Made by a program: the position numbers and the translations under genes
Notes under the pieces: model-generated
What the model saw: the letters and a program-made list of their open reading frames with translations, nothing else
The model's database searches: none
What the model was told of the DNA's origin: nothing
Source: an uncultured Candidatus Saccharibacteria bacterium
GTDB lineage: Bacteria; Patescibacteriota; Minisyncoccia; Phycocordibacterales; Phycocordibacteraceae
Direction of reading: 5' to 3'
Assembly: GCA_964357395.1 (NCBI GenBank)
Contig: CAYHLC010000001.1
Coordinates: forward strand, 119,599 to 183,598
DNA length: 64,000 bases
Part shown: in pieces, positions 9,486 to 18,711 of the stretch
Layout: each line of letters opens with the position of its first letter
Numbering within the stretch: position 1 is the first letter of the stretch

Positions 9486-11120
9486 ATGGTCCGTCGATTC
9501 CTCGCTACGCTAACCCAAGAGATACGCGGCCTCCATGAGGCCGCGTATCTCTTGGCGTTCTTTACGCTACTCTCCCAGATCCTCGCACTCCTTCGGGATC
9601 GAACTTTCGCTCACTTCTTCGGTGCGGGGCCGACCTTGGACGCGTACTTTGCTGCATTCCGTATTCCCGACACTGTGTTTGCGGCGCTCACCCTTTTTGT
9701 TTCCTCGTTCGCGCTGGTGCCGCTCCTTGCAGGGCGGAGCGCTGAAGAGCAGGGGAAGGTCCTTGGGCCAGTCTTGCTCATCTTTGGAGTAGTGGCAGCT
9801 GCTATTGCAGCTACCCTCTTTGTTGCAGCACCGGTCCTGATAGCAGCGCTCATGCCCGGATTTGCAGCAGAGACAGAGGCGCAAGCGCTGCTCCTGACAC
9901 GTATTATGCTGTTGCAACCACTCCTCCTCGGCCTGTCATCGATAGCGGCATCGATCATACAGGCGTCGCGTATGTTCATGCTCTTTGCACTCGCGCCCAT
10001 TTTCTACAACATAGGCATCATTGCTGGCGCCCTATTTCTGTACCCCACGCTTGGTGTTGCAGGACTCGGTTGGGGAGTCGTCATTGGCGCGGTCATGCAC
10101 CTACTCGTGCAGGCAGTGCCACTCTTCTTTGGTAGCACACGACTCGTCCTTGGCTTTAGTAATGTGTGGCTGACCATCCGCAAGGTGGTCCTACCATCAG
10201 TACCGCGCTCCGCAGCACTGTTAGGGAATCAGCTTCTGATGCTCATATTTGCTGGCATAGCATCGGTCGTATCGGTCGGCGCGGTATCAGCACTTTCGTT
10301 CGCATTCAACCTTCAGTCAGTACCGCTTACCGTGATTGGTGTCTCCTATGCGGCAGCCCTCTTTCCCGCCCTCTCAGCTATGGTACAGGCGGGGGACCGT
10401 GCGGGGTTTAGCCGAGAGCTGTGGACGACGGTCAAGCATGTTGCCTTCTGGCTTTTGCCAGCGACTGTCCTATTTGTGGTGCTACGAGCGCACATCGTGC
10501 GTGTCATCCTCGGTTCAGGCGCCTTTTCGTGGGATGACACTCGGCTTACCGCCGCGGTACTCGCACTCTTTGTACTCTCACTTTTGCCGCAGGCACTCAT
10601 CCTCCTTTTCTCACGAACGTACTACGCTTCACAGCGAACTGCAGTTCCGGTATTGGTAAATGTCGGTGCGGCGATAGTGGCTGGCGTCGGTGCGTGGGGG
10701 CTCTTCGCTGTAGTCACGAACAACACAACAGCGCTATACTTCCTCGAGTCTCTCTTCCGGGTGGACGGAATACCAGGTACCGCTGTTCTGGTCGTGCCGC
10801 TCGCATACTCTACAGCGATGCTCCTCGCCAGCTTAGTATTTGGATTATTGCTGAAGAACGAGACGAAGCCTGAGGGCGTGTGGCTGTCCCTCGGAACCTC
10901 ATTTGTAGCCTCTGTCATTGGTGGCTTGGCGAGCTACACTGCGCTACAGTACTTCGGACCGCTCCTCCCAACGAACACCTTTTTCGGTATCTTCCTCCAG
11001 GGAGTAGGAGCTGGGGTGGTTGGCATGGTAGCCTGGGGCACAGTTCTAGCCCTATTGCGCTCTGCAGAGCTCTCTGAGGTACTAGCACTCCTGTACCGCA
11101 AGTATGCAAAACGTTCGTAA
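9486..11120 (+). CDS. murJ: lipid II flippase MurJ
   Basis: Track ORF; 14-TM MOP-family pattern; N-terminus LLAFFTLLSQILALLRDRTFAHFFGAGPTLDAYFAAFRIPD typical of MurJ/MviN. Confidence 0.8.
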   Translation: MVRRFLATLTQEIRGLHEAAYLLAFFTLLSQILALLRDRTFAHFFGAGPTLDAYFAAFRIPDTVFAALTLFVSSFALVPLLAGRSAEEQGKVLGPVLLIFGVVAAAIAATLFVAAPVLIAALMPGFAAETEAQALLLTRIMLLQPLLLGLSSIAASIIQASRMFMLFALAPIFYNIGIIAGALFLYPTLGVAGLGWGVVIGAVMHLLVQAVPLFFGSTRLVLGFSNVWLTIRKVVLPSVPRSAALLGNQLLMLIFAGIASVVSVGAVSALSFAFNLQSVPLTVIGVSYAAALFPALSAMVQAGDRAGFSRELWTTVKHVAFWLLPATVLFVVLRAHIVRVILGSGAFSWDDTRLTAAVLALFVLSLLPQALILLFSRTYYASQRTAVPVLVNVGAAIVAGVGAWGLFAVVTNNTTALYFLESLFRVDGIPGTAVLVVPLAYSTAMLLASLVFGLLLKNETKPEGVWLSLGTSFVASVIGGLASYTALQYFGPLLPTNTFFGIFLQGVGAGVVGMVAWGTVLALLRSAELSEVLALLYRKYAKRS

Positions 11121-12900
11121 CTTTTCTATTATCGCGCACATCGACCATGGCAAGTCGACACTTGCCGACCGAATGCTCGAGATCACCAAGACCATAGAGG
11201 TACGCAAAATGCGTGACCAGGTCTTAGACGGTATGGACCTCGAGCGAGAGCGTGGGATCACCATCAAAATGCAACCAGTCCGAATGGCCTACACCCTAGA
11301 CACTACACCCTATACCCTCAATCTTATTGATACACCGGGACATATTGATTTCGCTTACGAAGTTTCTAGAGCCCTTACTGCAGTCGAGGGAGTGTTGCTA
11401 CTCGTCGACGCGACGCAGGGCGTGCAGGCGCAGACCTTGGCCACCTTGCGTATGGCGCAGGATGCGGGGTGCACTATCATTCCAGTTCTCACCAAGATCG
11501 ATTCGGGAGCAGCACGCATACCCGAAGTGCGACTTTCGCTCGCCCACCTCCTTGGTGTTGAGGAGGACACCGTGCTCGCCGTTTCCGGAAGAACAGGTGA
11601 GGGGGTGGAGGACCTTATTAAGGCAATCATCGCGCGAGTACCTGCACCGAAGAGCGACTACAAGGGTGCGGGTGGCAAGGCGCTCGTCTTTGACTTTTCA
11701 TACTCTGAGCATCGAGGTGTGGTGGCATATGTGCGAGTCCTCGATGGTGTCATATCTGCCAGGGAGGTAGCGGAACTCGTCGGCGTACAAAAAAAGTTTC
11801 CAGTCCCCGACGTGGGGTACCTCACGCCAGGGGAGGTGAAGGCGGATCGTATCGAGGCAGGAGACATCGGGTATGTAGTCACAACACTCAAGGAGCCGGG
11901 CTCCGGCGTCGTCGGAGATACGCTACGCACTTTTGGTATTGCACTACCCCCCCTACCGGGGTATCAGAATCCGCGCCCCGTTGTGTGGGCCTCTGTGTAT
12001 CCGGAATCGCAAGACGAGTTCACCCCTCTAAAGCACGCGCTCTCGCGACTCAAGCTTGCAGACGCAGCCCTCTCCTTTGAGGAGGATGGCTCGTCGATAC
12101 TCGGCAAGGGCTTTCGTTGCGGCTTCCTCGGCATGCTGCATATGGAGATCGTGACGGAGCGACTGAAACGCGAGTATAGCCTCACTCCAGTTATCACCAC
12201 TCCGTCGATCACCTACGAGATAACCACAACGCAAGGGGAGACGAAGCAGATCTTCTCTCCAACACAGTTTCCGAATGATGGCACCGTAGAGAGCGTGCGT
12301 GAGCAGTGGGTCAAGGCGACTATCATGACCCCACCCGAGTACCTCTCGGGCATCACACAGCTCCTCTACGAGCATGAAGGTGACATCACCAATACGGACA
12401 TGTTTGATGAGCGACTCGAGCTTACCGTGCTCATGCCGCTTCGGGAGTTGATGCGCGACTTCTTTGACATACTGAAGAGCGTATCCAAGGGCTATGCATC
12501 ATTGGCATACGAGTTCGCAGACCTGCGGAGCGCGGACGTGGTCCGGCTCGACATACTGGTCGCAGAGGATTTGGTAGCGGCGTTCTCGCGCGTGGTGTCG
12601 CGCCGACGACTCGAGACGGAAGCACGTTCAGCGGTGGAGCGACTGAAGGAGCTCTTGCCGCGGCAGATGTTCGTCGTTAAGATCCAGGCGAAGGCGGATG
12701 GGCGCATCGTAGCTTCGGAATCGATTAGTGCGTTTAAGAAAGACGTGACGGGGTATCTGTATGGCGGCGACGTGACTCGCAAAATGAAATTGCTTGAAAA
12801 GCAGAAGAAGGGCAAGGAGCGCCGCGGCGAGCAGGGCTCAAATAAAATGCACATCCCGCAGGATGTGTTCCTCAAGATGGTCCGCCCGAAGGACGACTAG
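11104..12900 (+). CDS. lepA: elongation factor 4 (LepA)
   Basis: NFSIIAHIDHGKSTLADRML, DTPGHIDF, and LepA C-terminal domain; overlaps murJ end by 17 nt. Confidence 0.95.
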   Translation: MQNVRNFSIIAHIDHGKSTLADRMLEITKTIEVRKMRDQVLDGMDLERERGITIKMQPVRMAYTLDTTPYTLNLIDTPGHIDFAYEVSRALTAVEGVLLLVDATQGVQAQTLATLRMAQDAGCTIIPVLTKIDSGAARIPEVRLSLAHLLGVEEDTVLAVSGRTGEGVEDLIKAIIARVPAPKSDYKGAGGKALVFDFSYSEHRGVVAYVRVLDGVISAREVAELVGVQKKFPVPDVGYLTPGEVKADRIEAGDIGYVVTTLKEPGSGVVGDTLRTFGIALPPLPGYQNPRPVVWASVYPESQDEFTPLKHALSRLKLADAALSFEEDGSSILGKGFRCGFLGMLHMEIVTERLKREYSLTPVITTPSITYEITTTQGETKQIFSPTQFPNDGTVESVREQWVKATIMTPPEYLSGITQLLYEHEGDITNTDMFDERLELTVLMPLRELMRDFFDILKSVSKGYASLAYEFADLRSADVVRLDILVAEDLVAAFSRVVSRRRLETEARSAVERLKELLPRQMFVVKIQAKADGRIVASESISAFKKDVTGYLYGGDVTRKMKLLEKQKKGKERRGEQGSNKMHIPQDVFLKMVRPKDD

Positions 12901-13004
12901 TACACCATCGGGATGTAGAGCGCGATCATTGAAATGATGACGAGGACTGCAACAATTGCCCACACCACCTTGATAACCTTTTTTGTTCGTTTATCGAAAA
13001 GCAT
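12897..13004 (-). CDS. small membrane protein (35 aa), hypothetical
   Basis: Own translation: MLFDKRTKKVIKVVWAIVAVLVIISMIALYIPMVY (K-rich N-terminus plus one TM). Stop overlaps lepA stop on the opposite strand (CTAG). Below the ORF-track size cut-off. Confidence 0.3.
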   Translation of the reverse strand: MLFDKRTKKVIKVVWAIVAVLVIISMIALYIPMVY

Positions 13005-13028
13005 ACAAATAGGATTATACTAGTAAGT

Positions 13029-13403
13029 ATGGCAACGCGCCAGGTACGCCGAATTGTGACGCGCTACTCGCTCTGGGCAGGTATAGCTATCGCTATGGTC
13101 TTGCTCGCGCTCCTCACTCGGGGCACGTGGGGTGTGTATAGCAAGATGCAAGAGGCGGCTGTACTCAAGGCCAATGCATTGCAGGAGCGCGAGGCACTCC
13201 TCGAGCGCCAAGGCGAGCTCACGGGCACCATTGCAGCTCTGGAGACCCCTCGCGGGGTGGAGGAGGAGATACGGACCCGCTACTCCGTCGTCATGCCCGG
13301 CGAGACCGAGTACGTCCTTATGGACCAGGTAACTGCTACGACGGCAGGCTCCGCCCCTTCTGAAGGCTTTTGGGATAGCCTGAAGTCCTGGTTCGGCCTC
13401 TAG
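13029..13403 (+). CDS. septum formation initiator (FtsB/DivIC-like) protein
   Basis: N-terminal TM (YSLWAGIAIAMVLLALLT) then coiled coil QEAAVLKANALQEREALLERQGELTGTIAALETPRGVEEEIRTRYSVVMPGETEYV, as in FtsB/DivIC. TATACT 8 nt before ATG. Confidence 0.5.
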   Translation: MATRQVRRIVTRYSLWAGIAIAMVLLALLTRGTWGVYSKMQEAAVLKANALQEREALLERQGELTGTIAALETPRGVEEEIRTRYSVVMPGETEYVLMDQVTATTAGSAPSEGFWDSLKSWFGL

Positions 13404-13404
13404 G

Positions 13405-13477
13405 GTGCAGGATCGGAGAATCGAACTCCGGCCTAATGCTTGGGAAGCACTCGTTCTGCCACTAAACTAATCCTGCA
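13405..13477 (-). tRNA. tRNA-Gly (anticodon CCC)
   Basis: Reverse-complement fold: acceptor GCAGGAT/ATCCTGC, anticodon stem AGTGC/GCATT, loop TTCCCAA, T-arm CGGAG-TTCGATT-CTCCG. 3' end CCC not CCA. Its 3' end abuts the stop codon of the convergent ftsB-like gene. Confidence 0.8.
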
Positions 13478-13527
13478 GACGCCACTTTTGGGCCTATGTT
13501 ATACTAGCAAAGCATTACAAAAATACC

Positions 13528-13764
13528 ATGGATGTAGTTATCTATTCGACACCAACGTGCCACTTCTGCGCGCTCAGCAAGGAATACTTCACTTCACATA
13601 ACATCGCATTTACCAATTACGACGTCTCGTCCGACTTTGAAAAGAGGCAGGAGATGATCGAGATGACCGGCCAGATGGGCGTCCCTGTCATCCGCATTGG
13701 CAACGACGTGGTCATCGGCTTCGACAAGCCCAAGCTCGCCGAGCTGCTAAACATCACAGAATAA
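13528..13764 (+). CDS. glutaredoxin/NrdH-like redoxin (78 aa)
   Basis: VVIYSTPTCHFCALSKEYF (CxxC in thioredoxin-fold context) ... GVPVIRIGNDVVIGFD. Confidence 0.8.
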   Translation: MDVVIYSTPTCHFCALSKEYFTSHNIAFTNYDVSSDFEKRQEMIEMTGQMGVPVIRIGNDVVIGFDKPKLAELLNITE

Positions 13765-13781
13765 GGCATACTAGGGGAGCC

Positions 13782-13853
13782 GCCCTCGTAGTTCAATGGA
13801 TAGAACCTCCGCGTCCTAAGCGGGTGATCTCAGTTCGATTCTGGGCGAGGGCA
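13782..13853 (+). tRNA. tRNA-Arg (anticodon CCT)
   Basis: Acceptor GCCCTCG/CGAGGGC, D-arm GTTC-AATGGAT-GAAC, anticodon stem TCCGC/GCGGG, loop GTCCTAA, T-arm CTCAG-TTCGATT-CTGGG. No encoded CCA. Confidence 0.8.
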
Positions 13854-13879
13854 CATAGTTTCGGGTTATAATAGTGGAC

Positions 13880-14203
13880 ATGATGGATGAGAAGAAGATC
13901 GAGGCCATGTACGAGGCCGTGATGGAGAACAACCGTATGCTGAAGAGCGCTCGACGCACGGCAATGGTGGGCGGTATTATCAAGTTTATATTCTGGATCT
14001 TCCTCCTCCTTATCCTGCCGTACCTCACGTGGCTCTACTTGCAGCCGTACCTCGACACGATCATGGGGCAGTACCAGACATTGCAGAACCAGAGTGGGGT
14101 AGTGAGTACGCAAGCTGCGGACCTACAAGAGCAGCTGAACAGCTTTGGCTCGTTCGATCTCCGTGAGATATACGACAAGTACTTTGCCCCAAAGGCTGAG
14201 TAA
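13880..14203 (+). CDS. hypothetical membrane protein
   Basis: Track ORF 13874 (GTG) trimmed to ATG 13880, which lies 7 nt after TATAAT (13867-13872). One TM (IIKFIFWIFLLLILPYLTWLYL). Confidence 0.5.
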   Translation: MMDEKKIEAMYEAVMENNRMLKSARRTAMVGGIIKFIFWIFLLLILPYLTWLYLQPYLDTIMGQYQTLQNQSGVVSTQAADLQEQLNSFGSFDLREIYDKYFAPKAE

Positions 14204-14364
14204 TGTTACATTTGGTGAGCGCGAGCCGGGATAAGGAAACCTTGTCCCGACTGCGTTCTGATCAAATGCGGCTACGCCCTTTTGTTCGGGCCATTGGAAA
14301 AGTAAGCGAGCTTCCTTTTCCGCAGCCCTCCAAAAGTCGCGCTCCGCGCTTGAGTAAGCAACTT

Positions 14365-14441
14365 GCCGGGATAGCTCAGTTAGTTAGAGCATTCCCCTGA
14401 AGAGGGAAGGGTCGTCAGTGCAAGTCTGACTCCCGGCACCA
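14365..14441 (+). tRNA. tRNA-Phe (anticodon GAA), CCA encoded
   Basis: Acceptor GCCGGGA/TCCCGGC, D-arm GCTC-AGTTAGTTA-GAGC, anticodon stem TTCCC/GGGAA, loop CTGAAGA, T-loop GTGCAAG, ACCA end. Confidence 0.9.
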
Positions 14442-15059
14442 ATGCAGGTTTTGGTAATACACGGGGCAGGAGGATTCGTCAGTCTTAACAGGGCTGACTT
14501 TGTAGCGGCACTGCGGCAGAAAAAGGTGAGTCTCAACGACCTCCGCCGCAAGGAGGACTGGAAGTCCAATCTATCCAAAGAGCTCGGCGCTAACTACGAC
14601 GTCCTCTATGCCCGCATGCCGGACAGCGATTCGCCGCAGTACATGGCTTGGGCAGCGTGGTTCGAGCAGATGCTACCCCTCCTCGATCCGGAAGTAGTGT
14701 TCATTGGTCACTCACTCGGGGCACTTTTCCTAGTAAAGTATCTGTCCGAGAACAAGATTACAAACACTGTGCGCTCACTGCACCTAGCAGCTAGCCCATA
14801 CACTGGCCCCGAGGTCCATTCGCAATTGGGAGGGCGGCTGGTGGATGGCAAGTGGCTTATGGCCAGCGACCTGGGTCTGCTCGCAGATCAGTGCAACAAA
14901 ATATACTTTTACCACAGTGTCGACGATCCTGCGGTGCCATACTCGGCAGCGGAAGCGTACATGGCAAAACTACCGCACGCGGTACTGCGCACATACGAAG
15001 GGCTCGGACACCTACGAGTAGAGATACTGCCCGGACTTGCTGAAGATATAAAAAGCTAG
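14442..15059 (+). CDS. alpha/beta-fold serine hydrolase (YdeN/RBBP9-like)
   Basis: MQVLVIHGAGGF N-terminus, nucleophile elbow GHSLG, Asp/His downstream. ATG begins at the nucleotide immediately after the tRNA-Phe CCA. Confidence 0.7.
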   Translation: MQVLVIHGAGGFVSLNRADFVAALRQKKVSLNDLRRKEDWKSNLSKELGANYDVLYARMPDSDSPQYMAWAAWFEQMLPLLDPEVVFIGHSLGALFLVKYLSENKITNTVRSLHLAASPYTGPEVHSQLGGRLVDGKWLMASDLGLLADQCNKIYFYHSVDDPAVPYSAAEAYMAKLPHAVLRTYEGLGHLRVEILPGLAEDIKS

Positions 15060-15538
15060 TTGCCGCGGACCTTGAGCTTGGTCTGGCGGTCCTTGTTGAT
15101 CTTTGGGAGGCGGATGGTGAGGAGCCCATGCTTCTGGTCTGCCTCGGCCATGTCGACATCAATCTCTGCTGGGAGTACCACTGTGCGACTGAATGCCCCC
15201 CAGAAGAGCTCGCGGTACACATAGTCGTTCTCCTCAATCTCTTTCTGCTCGATACGCTTGCCCGCTATGGTGACCATGTCGCGGGTTATGGAGATATCGA
15301 TCTCCTCCGGCTTCACACCAGCGACTAGCGCCTTGATGACTATCTCGTCCGGACTCTGGTACACGTCTACAGTCAGCTGTGCCTCACCGACGTCCTCGCG
15401 GATACTAGGCATGGCTGCAACTGAGCCGGTAGGGGTAAGGCGGCGCGCCTGCTGCGGTGCCTCCTCCTGAAAGGCATCAAAGTCGATGTCAAAGCTCGCA
15501 CCCGTGAGTCTGTCGAAAAATGATGGTTTCTTTGCCAT
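15056..15538 (-). CDS. Hsp20/alpha-crystallin small heat-shock protein
   Basis: Alpha-crystallin domain: DVYQSPDEIVIKALVAGVKPEEIDISI...YRELFWGAFSRTVVLPAEID...GLLTIRLPK. Confidence 0.9.
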   Translation of the reverse strand: MAKKPSFFDRLTGASFDIDFDAFQEEAPQQARRLTPTGSVAAMPSIREDVGEAQLTVDVYQSPDEIVIKALVAGVKPEEIDISITRDMVTIAGKRIEQKEIEENDYVYRELFWGAFSRTVVLPAEIDVDMAEADQKHGLLTIRLPKINKDRQTKLKVRGN

Positions 15539-15542
15539 ACGA

Positions 15543-16268
15543 TTAGTTTAGAGTAATGCGTTCCCACCACGCAGGTGGGCGGAGGAGCCTGATGCGCTCG
15601 AGTGCAAGCAGGATACTAATGATGCCAACCCATACTCCAAGGAATACGGTCAGCACGGTGCCTGCTCCCGTTGTAATTATAAGGAAATTAAAGAGTGCGT
15701 GCAATGAAGTAGCAAGGATAAGTCCTATCCCAATGTAGGTAATCTTTTCCGAGCGAGTACGAAAGTAGGTGAATCCGAGTGCTGCGCCAACGACAGCGGA
15801 GCCGAGTACGTGGATCAGCGTCGCCCCAATGAAGCGCATGTTGGCAGTGATGGCTCCTTCGAGCGCGGCGTGTTCGAAAAACGGTGTAATGAGGAACAGA
15901 GTGTTCTCGAGTGCAGCAAATCCGAGCGCGACGGTGATCATATAGATGACCATGTCCATCGGCTCGTCGACCGCCCTGTTGCGCAGCACCAAGAGCCACG
16001 CGAGGCCGAACTTAGCAACCTCCTCTATGAGTGCCCAGATCGCGAGGAGCCCGAACCCAAGGGGGAGCATGTCGCTTGCCACTTTCTGGAAGGGCAGCAC
16101 GACAGCAACCGCGAGCATGCCGGTGAGGAATGCAAAGAGGAGCCGCATCCGAGGCTCTGGATGCTCCCAGTCCTCGAATAGCCAAAAGCCGAGCCATATC
16201 AACACAGGCACCAGGCCGAGCATCCCTGCGCCAAGCGCGGCGTATGCGGTCGCTAAGAGGTTAGACAC
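15543..16268 (-). CDS. PrsW-family intramembrane protease
   Basis: Conserved motifs ALIEEVAKF (EExxK), FAALENTLF (FxxxE), HALFN plus 7 TM helices. Confidence 0.75.
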   Translation of the reverse strand: MSNLLATAYAALGAGMLGLVPVLIWLGFWLFEDWEHPEPRMRLLFAFLTGMLAVAVVLPFQKVASDMLPLGFGLLAIWALIEEVAKFGLAWLLVLRNRAVDEPMDMVIYMITVALGFAALENTLFLITPFFEHAALEGAITANMRFIGATLIHVLGSAVVGAALGFTYFRTRSEKITYIGIGLILATSLHALFNFLIITTGAGTVLTVFLGVWVGIISILLALERIRLLRPPAWWERITLN

Positions 16269-16447
16269 CCAATTATTGTATCGCGATTATCGGGGCCACC
16301 AGTGTTGCTTGTCGTGCACCTGCCTTATATGTTTCTCATAGTCATGTTGTGAAATGCCCGACCAGTCACATCCTGGGTGGCTGCACATGATAAGTGTCTC
16401 CTCGTTACATATTCTCTCCATACTTTAAGATTATCGCCAGTAAGTAA

Positions 16448-16474
16448 TAAAAATGCCCCTTGTCGGGGCTTTTG
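16448..16474 (-). terminator. rho-independent terminator downstream of valS (bidirectional hairpin)
   Basis: GCCCC-TTGTC-GGGGC with T-run on plus strand and A-run upstream (T-run when read on minus strand). Confidence 0.6.
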
Positions 16475-16590
16475 CGTTTCTGTGCGGAACATCGACGCTC
16501 ACCCCAAGGAATGGGCTATGACGACCACGACAGACGATGATCCGAGGACCATAGACACATGGTACACGCGCATATCTGCGTGTCAATCGT

Positions 16591-18705
16591 TTATTGAACG
16601 CCTATCGCGCCTGGCCACTGAGCGACCATCAGCATGTCGGAGTCCCTTAGGGGCAGCGACTGCCACACTTCCTCCGTAACGAATGGCATAAACGGGTGCA
16701 GCATCTTGAGGCACGTCGTAAGGATGGTGTAGAGCTTCCAGGCGGTCGCGCGCTGCGCCACCGCGTCGGTGCCCTTCAGTACCACCTTAGAGCGTTCGAT
16801 AATCTCGTCCGCAAAGGTGTGCCACACGTAGTGGTAGGCGCGATCTGCAGCAAGGTCGATGCGGTACTCCTCCAGGTTGCGAGTGACGTCTGCGACAACC
16901 CTGTTCAGCTCCGCTAGGTCCTCCTCATCCTGCTCGGATAGGTCGTGCTTCTCCGTCAGGTCCGTGCCCTCCGTGTTCTCCAAGACGAAGCGGGTGATAT
17001 TCCAGATCTTGTTAGCAAAGTTCTTGTACCCACGGATCTTGTCCTCGCGGAGCGCGAGGTCGGAGCCGGGCGGATTGCCCACCACAAGGCCGATGCGCAG
17101 AGCATCAGTACCAAACTTGCTTGTGAGGTCAAGTGGATTAGTTACATTGCCCTTCGACTTACTCATCTTCTTGCCGTGTTGATCGTTAACCAGGCCATGC
17201 AGGTACACGGTGTGGAATGGCGCCCTCGATGCAAGATAGAGGCCAAAGATGATCATGCGCGGCACCCACTTAAAGATGAGGTCGTGCCCGGTCTCCATCA
17301 CATCCGTTGGGTAATACTGGCTGGTGTTAGGGAAGTCGGTGACGAGTAGTGGCCACTGTCCGGATGAGAACCAGGTATCAAAGGTGTCCGGGTCCTTGAT
17401 CCATCCATCGCCCGGGGAGGTGAGTGACGCCTTTGTCTCGCCGCCCTTAAACCACGCAGGAATAGGGATGCCCCACACGATCTGGCGCGAGATGTTCCAG
17501 TCCAAGGTGTTCTCCATCCAGTAGCGGAAGATCTTCTCGTAGTTATCAGGAATGAACTTTACATCGCCATCCCTGACCGACTTGAGCGCCATCTCCGCAA
17601 GGGGCTTCATTTTAACGAACCATTGGTCCTTAACCTGCGGCTCGATGAGCTGCTCGCACTTATAGCAGCGCTTGGTAGCGTGCATGTATTTGTCATCGAT
17701 ATGATCCACCAATCCCTTGGCCTGCAGCTTCTCCATTATCTTGGGGCGTGCATCCAAGATCTTCAGTCCTGCAAACTCGCCAGCAATGGGCAGCAGCTTT
17801 CCGCGCCAGTCGATAACTTGCTCCAGCGGCAGGTCAAACTTTTGTGCCAGCTCAAAGTCGTGTTGGTCGTGCCATGGCGTAATAGTCATCACGCCTGTGC
17901 CGAATGTCATATCGTGACCTGGGTCGTGGAGCACCGTTGCAGTAATAGGTCCGTTGATCCACTCAAGGTCTATCTGCTGACCGTGCGAGTATTGTTTGTA
18001 TCGTTCATCGGCAGGGTTGATAACAACATGCTTATCGCCAAACTTGGTCTCTGGTCGGACAGTACCAATAACGAATGGTCCGTACTTGAGGTAATAAAAG
18101 GGGTCGTTCTGATCCTTCCAGCTCGTCTCGACGTCGGAGAGGGAGGTCTGATGCTTTGGGCACCAGTTAACGGTACGGAGTCCGCGGTACACTAATCCGT
18201 CGTCAAACATCTTAACGAAAGTCTCCTGCACGCGGGTGACGATGTCGGGGTCCAAGGTAAAGCGCTCGCGGCTCCAATCGCAGGAAGCCCCGAGGCTGCG
18301 AACCTGGTTTTCCATCACGCCTTTGTTGTGGATGGTGAAGTCGTATATCTCCTTATAGAGCTCCTGCGGGTCCATACCAAAGCGGGATCGGCCCTCCTTC
18401 TCTAGCTTCTTTTCGTACACCACTTGTGTCTCGAATCCTGCATGATCTGCCCCGGGAATCCAAAGAGCTCTCTTGCCCTGCATGCGGGCAAAGCGGGTCA
18501 TAATGTCCTCCAATGTTATGAAGAGCGCGTGGCCAGCGTGCAAGGAGCCATTGGCGTTCGGTGGCGGCATAACGATGGTGTAGGGCTCGCCATCCTTGTT
18601 GGGCAAGTTGTCGGGGTTGAAGTAGCCCGAGTCCTCCCACTTCTTATATATAGAGGCCTCCGTCGCGGCGGCGTCGTAGGGCTTGAGGAACTTCGGGTCC
18701 ATCAT
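16591..18705 (-). CDS. valS: valyl-tRNA synthetase, short form (704 aa, lacks C-terminal coiled-coil)
   Basis: PPPNANGSLHAGHA (HIGH), KMSKS; editing and catalytic domains ordered as in ValS. Confidence 0.88.
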   Translation of the reverse strand: MMDPKFLKPYDAAATEASIYKKWEDSGYFNPDNLPNKDGEPYTIVMPPPNANGSLHAGHALFITLEDIMTRFARMQGKRALWIPGADHAGFETQVVYEKKLEKEGRSRFGMDPQELYKEIYDFTIHNKGVMENQVRSLGASCDWSRERFTLDPDIVTRVQETFVKMFDDGLVYRGLRTVNWCPKHQTSLSDVETSWKDQNDPFYYLKYGPFVIGTVRPETKFGDKHVVINPADERYKQYSHGQQIDLEWINGPITATVLHDPGHDMTFGTGVMTITPWHDQHDFELAQKFDLPLEQVIDWRGKLLPIAGEFAGLKILDARPKIMEKLQAKGLVDHIDDKYMHATKRCYKCEQLIEPQVKDQWFVKMKPLAEMALKSVRDGDVKFIPDNYEKIFRYWMENTLDWNISRQIVWGIPIPAWFKGGETKASLTSPGDGWIKDPDTFDTWFSSGQWPLLVTDFPNTSQYYPTDVMETGHDLIFKWVPRMIIFGLYLASRAPFHTVYLHGLVNDQHGKKMSKSKGNVTNPLDLTSKFGTDALRIGLVVGNPPGSDLALREDKIRGYKNFANKIWNITRFVLENTEGTDLTEKHDLSEQDEEDLAELNRVVADVTRNLEEYRIDLAADRAYHYVWHTFADEIIERSKVVLKGTDAVAQRATAWKLYTILTTCLKMLHPFMPFVTEEVWQSLPLRDSDMLMVAQWPGAIGVQ

Positions 18706-18711
18706 GTAAGT

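Noticed and set aside
14203-14400. 65-aa ORF between 13880 gene and tRNA-Phe
   Set aside because: Runs into tRNA-Phe. The 160-nt spacer is more likely non-coding; it contains small hairpins but I could not assign an RNA family.
16377-16679. 100-aa plus-strand ORF between prsW and valS
   Set aside because: Overlaps the valS terminator and valS 3' end on the opposite strand; no protein-like composition.
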